A stretch of DNA of 64,000 bases, from positions 4,256,001 through 4,320,000 of the forward strand of contig OY760937.1 of the NCBI GenBank assembly GCA_963664225.1, given 5' to 3'. The notes under the pieces are model-generated. The model was not told the origin of the DNA and did no database searches. It was given only the letters and a program-made list of their open reading frames with translations. The translations under genes and the position numbers were made by a program. Positions 61,448 through 64,000 of this stretch are shown one piece after another. Source of the stretch: Verrucomicrobiia bacterium (GTDB lineage Bacteria > Verrucomicrobiota > Verrucomicrobiia > Limisphaerales > UBA1319). Within the stretch, counting starts at the first letter, position 1; each line of letters starts with the position of its first letter.

Positions 61448-62638
61448 ATGTCTCCAAGACCCCTGAATGTTGGTTTGGTTGGCGGCGGCCGCGGCGCTTT
61501 CATCGTCCAGCCCCACCAGAAAGCAATTCATTTCGACGGCACCCGCCGCGTGGTGGCCGGCGCCTTGTTCCCGGATGCCAAGATAGCGATGGAAGAGGCC
61601 GCGAACTGGCCCTATCCCATCAAGGGCTATGCCTCGTATGATGAAATGATCAACGCGCAGGCGACGCTGCCCGCAAGCGAGCGCCTGGATTACATCGTCA
61701 TCGTGACGCCCAATTTCGTGCATTACGATCCGGCCATGAAGGCCCTCAAGGCCGGCATTCCGGTGCTTTGCGAGAAGCCGCTGACCGTGACGCTCAAGGA
61801 GGCCGAGGACATTGTGGCGCTGGTGAAGGAAAAGAATATTCCGTTCGCCGTGGCGCACACTTACCTGGGGCATTGGACGACCCGTTTGTCCCGTTACATT
61901 GTGCAAAGCGGGCTGTTGGGCGAGGTGCGCTGGGTGGATTCCTCCTATATCCAGGGCTGGCTGGCCACCAAGGTTGAGGCGACGGGTCAACAGCAGGCCT
62001 CGTGGCGCGTGGATCCCAAGAAGGCCGGCGGTTCGGGCTGCGGCGGCGATATCGGCACGCACGCTCTCATGCAATTGCGCTACGTGACCGGTCTGGAAGT
62101 CGAAGAGGTTTCCGCGAATCTGGAAATCTTCGTCAAAGGCCGGGCCATCGACGATCATTTCACCGCTTATTGCCACCTGAGCAACGGCGCCCGGGCGCTG
62201 GTGCGGGCCTCGCAAATTGCGATTGGCCACAAGAACGACCTGGCCATTGAAGTGTGCGGAACCAAGGGTTCCCTCCTCTGGCGCCAGGAGGAACCGGAGA
62301 AGGTGGTCATCCAGTTGCTGGGCCAGCCGGATCGCGTTTACTGGCGCGGCGCGGTGACTCCGGGCGATGGTTTCCTGCCGGTGGACATGCCGGCCGATCT
62401 CATGGCCGAGCCGACCATCCCGTCCGGGCATCCCGAGGCGTTCCACGACGCCTATGCGCGCCTGCATCGCTGCTTCGAGGCGGATGTTCGCAAATACCAG
62501 GCGGGCCAGCCCTTCAAGTGCGACGGTTCCAAGTATGCCAATGTCAATGACGGCTGGACCGGCATGGCGTTCATCCAGACCTGCCTGCAAAGCAATGAGC
62601 AGCGGGGCGCCTGGACCACGATGCCCAAGCTGAAGTAG
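61448..62638 (+). CDS. Gfo/Idh/MocA family oxidoreductase
   Basis: GLVGGGRGAFI, IVTPN..H, CEKP, YIQGWL, DIGTHA, PSGHPEA. Confidence 0.92.
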   Translation: MSPRPLNVGLVGGGRGAFIVQPHQKAIHFDGTRRVVAGALFPDAKIAMEEAANWPYPIKGYASYDEMINAQATLPASERLDYIVIVTPNFVHYDPAMKALKAGIPVLCEKPLTVTLKEAEDIVALVKEKNIPFAVAHTYLGHWTTRLSRYIVQSGLLGEVRWVDSSYIQGWLATKVEATGQQQASWRVDPKKAGGSGCGGDIGTHALMQLRYVTGLEVEEVSANLEIFVKGRAIDDHFTAYCHLSNGARALVRASQIAIGHKNDLAIEVCGTKGSLLWRQEEPEKVVIQLLGQPDRVYWRGAVTPGDGFLPVDMPADLMAEPTIPSGHPEAFHDAYARLHRCFEADVRKYQAGQPFKCDGSKYANVNDGWTGMAFIQTCLQSNEQRGAWTTMPKLK

Positions 62639-62665
62639 TCCAAGGATTCCAATTCAAAAGCTCAC

Positions 62666-62703
62666 AGGCCGGTCTTCCGTAAAAGGGAGGCCGGCCTTTT
62701 TTT
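62666..62703 (+). terminator. Rho-independent terminator
   Basis: AGGCCGGTCTTCC-gtaaaa-GGGAGGCCGGCCT followed by a T tract. Confidence 0.85.
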
Positions 62704-62864
62704 GTTTAACCGCAGAGCGTGCGCAGTTCGCAATGAATACAGGAGGATTTTTCCGCGGTTGACGGAGGCACGCTCATGGAGGGGTGGCATCGAACGACAA
62801 AACGACGGGCGCATGTCCATTCTAAGATTGCCCTTGAGTGTGCGTTAGCCCAATATGCCCGGCT

Positions 62865-64000
62865 ATGTCAGACGCGCGAAGGCAGTATCCGTTTCATTTG
62901 ATTGAACCCAAGTGGCAACAGATTTGGGCGAAAAAAGATGTGTTTCGGGCATGGAATCCCGGGGAGAATATTCCCGCGACTCATCCGTTTGCACAGCGGC
63001 ACGGAGTGGATTCGCGGCAATTGCCGCCCAAATACTACGTCCTCGACATGTTTCCGTACCCCTCCGGGGCGGGTCTGCATGTCGGCCATCCAGAAGGCTA
63101 CACTGCCACGGATATTGTGGCCCGCTACAAACGCGCCCGAGGTTGTAACGTGTTGCATCCCATGGGTTGGGACGCATTTGGTCTGCCCGCCGAGCAGTAT
63201 GCCATCAAGACTGGCCAGCATCCGCGCAAGACGACGGAGGCGAACATCGCGAACTTCAAGCGGCAGATTCAATCGCTGGGATTCAGCTACGATTGGAGCC
63301 GCGAGGTCGATACCACCGATCCGAAGTATTTCCGATGGACGCAGTGGATTTTCCTCAAACTTTATAATTCCTGGTTCAATCCGGCAACGAACAAGGCCGA
63401 ACCCATCGAGACGCTGGTCTATCCCGCAGACGTCGTGTCAGCGGAAGCGCGCCGGGCGTATCGGGATGGCAAGAGGCTGGCCTACGTGGCCGAGGCGCCG
63501 GTGAATTGGTGTCCAGAGTTGGGAACCGTGCTGGCGAACGAGGAAGTCATCGACGGCAAGAGCGAGGTGGGCGGATTCCCCGTGGTGCGCAAACCGATGC
63601 GTCAATGGATGCTCCGGATCACGTCTTATGCGGAACGCCTGCTCAACGATTTGGAACTGATCGATTGGACGCCATCGCTCAAGGAAATGCAGCGGCATTG
63701 GATCGGGCGCTCGGAAGGGGCGGAGGTCAATTTCAAGGTCGAGGGCCGGGATACGACCATCACGGTTTTCACCACGCGCGCGGACACTTTGTTTGGGGCC
63801 ACATACATGGTGCTTTCCCCGGAGCACGCTTTGGTGGACCAGATTGCGCCTGCGGCCTGGCCGGCGAACACTCCCAAAGCATGGATGGGGGAGGATTCGG
63901 CGGCTGCGGGGAGCCCGAAAACCGCGATTGCGCGTTACCGGGTTTTCGCAGCAGGCAAGAGCGATCTGGAACGCACCGATCTGGCCAAGGACAAAACCGG
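62865..64000 (+). CDS. leuS: Leucine--tRNA ligase, 5' part
   Basis: Hand translation: [56 protein letters not shown]; runs off the window. Confidence 0.95.
   Translation, partial: MSDARRQYPFHLIEPKWQQIWAKKDVFRAWNPGENIPATHPFAQRHGVDSRQLPPKYYVLDMFPYPSGAGLHVGHPEGYTATDIVARYKRARGCNVLHPMGWDAFGLPAEQYAIKTGQHPRKTTEANIANFKRQIQSLGFSYDWSREVDTTDPKYFRWTQWIFLKLYNSWFNPATNKAEPIETLVYPADVVSAEARRAYRDGKRLAYVAEAPVNWCPELGTVLANEEVIDGKSEVGGFPVVRKPMRQWMLRITSYAERLLNDLELIDWTPSLKEMQRHWIGRSEGAEVNFKVEGRDTTITVFTTRADTLFGATYMVLSPEHALVDQIAPAAWPANTPKAWMGEDSAAAGSPKTAIARYRVFAAGKSDLERTDLAKDKT

Overview
GC-rich bacterial chromosomal segment. Gene content (H-X9-DG prepilins, giant lamin-tail/CotH proteins, ACIII plus cbb3 oxidase, orphan fliA) points to Verrucomicrobiota, probably Pedosphaerales/Limisphaerales; this is an inference. 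In order: a truncated beta-propeller sensor, TPR-mtnA-PCD genes, a secreted rhodanese, a GH106-type glycosidase, yjbQ, a 17-kb cluster of three giant secreted proteins (two CotH kinases and one LamG/TSP3 protein), fliA, glcDF, an FGE-like protein, a prepilin, thiH, a REC-PAS-PP2C regulator, larB and larC, an SNF2 helicase, a 14-kb respiratory cluster (actA-B-CD fusion-E-F-G, ccoS-N-O-cytochrome c, P1B ATPase), a second prepilin, a nucleoside permease, a Gfo/Idh/MocA oxidoreductase and the 5' part of leuS. The most striking feature lies between larB and larC. A complete group II intron (37262-39236) sits exactly at the right end of a 164-bp MITE with 26-bp terminal inverted repeats and an apparent TTA duplication. 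The intron's EBS1 and candidate EBS2 are perfectly complementary to that inverted repeat, so it looks like a retroelement that homes to the ends of an IS/MITE family. No tRNA, rRNA or CRISPR array was recognised.
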